Shown here: piece after piece, positions 60,521-64,000 of the stretch
Layout: each line of letters opens with the position of its first letter
How positions within the stretch are numbered: the first letter of the stretch is position 1
NCBI GenBank assembly: GCA_964016885.1
Contig: OZ024742.1
Span: 113,212,001 to 113,276,000, forward strand
Direction of reading: 5' to 3'
Source: Eledone cirrhosa
Lineage: Eukaryota
DNA length: 64,000 nt
Position numbers and translations under genes: made by a program
The notes under the pieces: generated by a model
Told to the model about the DNA's origin: nothing
Database searches by the model: none
Seen by the model: only the letters and a program-made list of their open reading frames with translations

Positions 60521-60765
60521 CGAAGGAAATGTGGTAAGGAACCAGGTGGACCATAACGCACCAAAGTACTCAATACTTAGGGTAGTAGAGTGGGTAATAT
60601 GAACAAATACGACCCCGCGATTGGGGATTTAAAATAACCCTACAAACGTCCCTGACCCGTGTTAATTTCCTGGACGTTACCCTCGATCTCAATAATGACC
60701 TGTACTACCCATACAGGAAACCCAATGACAACCTGCACTACATCCACCGCCGATCTAACCATCAT
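60519..60765. mobile_element. Inverted family D pLTR end joined to a Naiad RT fragment
   Basis: 60519-60617 is the family D tail. 60619-60762 (+) translates DWGFKITLQTSLTRVNFLDVTLDLNNDLYYPYRKPNDNLHYIHRRSNH. Confidence 0.85.
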
Positions 60766-61409
60766 CGTTTATGGGTTTACATTTGTGGAGTTTCGGTAGC
60801 CGCAAAAGGAGCTTGTATTGTATTTGAAGTGGCTTATATAGTTTAACTCTTTTGTGGTTAAGCTGTTGCGGTATTTATTCAGTAAGGTCAACAGATTCCC
60901 CATTGTTTTGGTGTGTTTGTAGTTTTCTGTTTTTTCATAGTATGTGTTGTTTTCTAAAATGTCAAGTGCGAGGGTCCTATAGTAGTCCGTATTCATAATG
61001 ACAACAGTACTGCCTTTATCGGCTTCTTTGATGGTTATCTCAGGGTTGTTTCTAATTGTGAATAATTCTTCCCATTCGTGTGTAGATAGGTTTGATTTCG
61101 TGTTTATTTGTAATTTTTTCATGGGGAAAGTTGGTGATGTGTTCGCAGTACGTGTCCAGTGCTTTATTTCTTCCCTTTTGTGGGAAAAAATTGCTTTTAT
61201 TTCTAACCAGTGATTCGTCTTCAGTGTTGGTGTCGTTGTGGAAGAATTCCGTTAGTCGCAGCTTTCGGCAGAATTCTATGATGTCATCCTTCATTTCGGG
61301 GAAGTTTGGTTTACGTGGTGTAGGTGTAAATTTCAGGCCCTTACTTAAAATGTTGATTTGTGTGTTGGTTAGAGGTGTCTTTGAGAGGTTGATTATTTTT
61401 GGTTTCACC

Positions 61410-62659
61410 TGAGGGGGGGGGGGGCATCGAGTATCCTGGTATTTCAGGCTTTTCCCTAAAAAAGGAATGTAGTTTTGTGTGTGATTATATTTTCTTGGTC
61501 TGTTGCGTGTGGGTCTGTAGCTTGTTGTTTCATGGGGGTGAATGTGATGGTGGGGTGGTATGCGTTGTGGGTGTTAATGAGCAAGGGTTCTGTTGTTGGT
61601 TCATGTGGTCTGGGTGCGTTATTTCCGTGGTACAGAGTGTTGAGGTTGAGAGGTTGTCTCTTGTTGGATTGAGCGTGATGTCTGGTGTGGTTGTGGGTAA
61701 GTTTTGTTGTGATTTCAAGTGGTCTGGGTGGATTTCTTCATAGGATTGTAGTGTGTGTGTTGTGAGTTGGATCTATGTTATTTTGTCGTTGGTTTATGTA
61801 GGGGGTATTTCTAAGGAAACCTGTGCTGTGGTGGTTGGGTGTGTTTCTTTTGGTGTAGTTGGCCGTATTTGGTTTGTGTTGGTGGGGGAAGTGCCTGTGG
61901 TTAGTGTGTGTTGGGTTTGGTGGTGTAAATGTGTCTGTTGTAGTTCTTGTTATGTTCAAAAGCTTTATAAAGGCGTTACATGTTTGGTGCGTCCTTTTAA
62001 ATTCTTCTTCATATTTGAGGAACCAGTTTTCGGATTTTTCCCACCGTTTAAGGGAAAACATTTATGCATTCTCGCAGTCCTGTTAAAACGATTTAATTAA
62101 ATTTGTAGGGTTGTTCCCTCGCCCTTTTTAGTGCATTCTTCCTCCATTTTGTTATCAGTATCCTTATACTCTTGCTCGTTGGAGGTGGCCCTTAATTTTA
62201 GGAGTTCTATGTCCATGTTTATCCTGCTGTGTGACATTTGTTCACGGAGTTTTCTTTCTGGTTCAGATTCGTTTATAATATGCTTTATTTTGAATTTACG
62301 TGGTAAAACTATCGGTGTTGAGTTCATCCATTTCTGGTAAATTCCAGCTTTGTTGAGGTTTTTTATCATATTCCAGAAAGTGAATTTTCTGGTTTTTAGA
62401 TGTTTTTTCCAGAGGTGTCCCATTTGGTTTTTGATTTGGAGCAATGTTTTCTGTTCTGTTTTGGTATTCATAAGTTTTTCGTTGGAATTGCATACGTTTT
62501 GAACGTTTAAATACATTTGGTTGTAACTCGGTGTGGTGGTTTGGGGTATATCCTGTATTTTGTCAGAATGGTGAGTTTTCCATTTATCTCTTTTAGGATT
62601 TTCAGGATTTCTTCATTTATATTGGAGTTTGAAGTTGTGTTGTCTTGTTCCAGTGCCAT
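61410..62659 (-). pseudogene. Upstream ORF (helical/coiled-coil-like, then low complexity) of the PLE, disrupted
   Basis: ATG at 62659 (MALEQDNTTSNSNINEEILKILKEINGKLTILT), then fragments ..WKKHLKTRKFTFWN..IYQKW..LPRKF..IELLKLRA.. and ..KRWEKSENWF.., then a T/P/N/H-rich stretch ending in PFLGKS. Stops and frameshifts are present. Confidence 0.65.
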
Positions 62660-62829
62660 TTTCCGGATTTGCCTAGGTTAGTATATATGAAAAGTGTAAG
62701 TTTCTACACAACACGAAGGTTATAGAGAAAATTGAGGTTGTTAATGGCACATGGAATATATAAGAGACAGAATACATTTTGTGAAAAAACATATGATTTT
62801 ATAAGGTAAGGGAAGAATAAAGGGTATAA

Positions 62830-62878
62830 AAAATGACCGGTTTCGATGGGTCTGCAAAAGCCATATTTTCAAATGTTG
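62830..62878 (-). ncRNA. Decayed hammerhead ribozyme upstream of the PLE ORF
   Basis: TTGAAAA t atgg ctttt gcagac ccat c GAA ACCGGT C att. The palindromic stem III and GUC are intact, and the CUGANGA box is mutated. Confidence 0.6.
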
Positions 62879-63184
62879 ATTAATATTAAGAAAAATTAAT
62901 AATAAGAAGAGTTAAAATTTAAGATTTGAAAATTCAAGTATAAAATTCAGTGTGGGATTTCATAATAGTTTTCATCTTGGTAGCAGCAAGTTGACTGCTG
63001 TGTGTCCCTTTCTGGTAGTGAATGAGGAATTATTTGTGGGGAGTGGTTTTTTTTAAGGTCAGAAATAGCAATGGCCAGATGGCCAGCTGCTGGCCAGTGA
63101 GGGGGTGGAAGCAATATACATACATATATCTCCATGTGGTCGGTAGGAGAGGGGAGAGTAATAGAAAGGGATTTAATGCACTTA

Positions 63185-63668
63185 CACCTATATATACACA
63201 TACCCTCATCCACACACACATACATATACATATACATACATATATATATATATATACATATATATATACACACACATACATACACACACATGCATATACA
63301 TACACACATACACTCACATATATATATACACACACACATATATACATACACATACATCCATATACACACATACATACACACACACAAACATACACATATA
63401 TATATACATATATGTACATACATATATATATATATATATATACACACATACATACACACACATATATATATACATACACACACACGCACACATACACACA
63501 CATACATGCATCCACATGCACGCACATACACACACACATACACACACACATACATATACATACACCCACACACATAGAGAAATGGCCTCCAAATATATAT
63601 ATATACATACATACACATATATGTTTTCCATGGTATAAGAAGTTAGAACAGTGAAATTAAAATACAAG

Positions 63669-63733
<65 letters not shown>

Positions 63734-63740
63734 CACATAA
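63185..63740. repeat. Degenerate (CA)n/(TA)n/(CATA)n microsatellite block
   Basis: Seen directly. Confidence 0.95.
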
Positions 63741-64000
63741 ATATATTTCCATATCATACATAGATGTTTATTTCACTCATGCAATTACGGGTGGCTGTGT
63801 ATCTTGTTGCCTTTTGTCATTAACGCATAAATCTAAGGAAGCTAAAACATTAAAAGGCAAAAATAAGCATGAAAGCATACAATTAGGGGAAAGAGGTACT
63901 AATAAATCTTATTCTATACGGAATTATAGTGAGTTGCTAGTTAGAATATTTAATTAGGTTTATAGTATTTAATTAGGTTTATAGTATTTAAATGTTTTTT

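Larger units (their letters stand above)
60766..63190 (-). mobile_element. Non-Naiad Penelope-like element, 5' part (pLTR, upstream ORF, RT N-terminus)
   Basis: IINLS..LSKGLKFTPTP..FCRKLRLTEFF, LS..E..L..ITIKEADKGSTVVIM..Y, and a frameshifted GLPKLHK, after which the RT is cut off. A decayed HHR lies upstream. Confidence 0.88.

Overview
AT-rich, repeat-saturated eukaryotic DNA, probably from an octopus-like cephalopod (inferred from the SINE and RTE sequences, not proven). I can support no host protein-coding gene, and most ORF-track entries are (TA)n/(CA)n/(GA)n translation artefacts. The window is dominated by Penelope-like retroelements (PLEs) and their non-coding derivatives, nearly all embedded in (TA)n tracts. 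These include three Naiad-type RT + GIY-YIG elements (22.8-27.3, 28.4-32.1 and 44.9-51.3 kb), a two-ORF PLE with a possible -1 frameshift signal (60.8-63.2 kb) and older PLE fragments. Reading the sequence shows about 20 intact or decayed type I hammerhead ribozyme (HHR) motifs from several families. They sit in PLE pseudo-LTRs, in short fold-back mini-elements, and in a ~430-bp non-coding tandem repeat that resembles a non-LTR retrozyme and carries an octamer/TATA-like module upstream of each ribozyme. SINEs, an RTE LINE, an RLE-type LINE fragment and a recent 1.7-kb tandem duplication fill the rest. Coordinates were counted by hand and may be off by a few bases.
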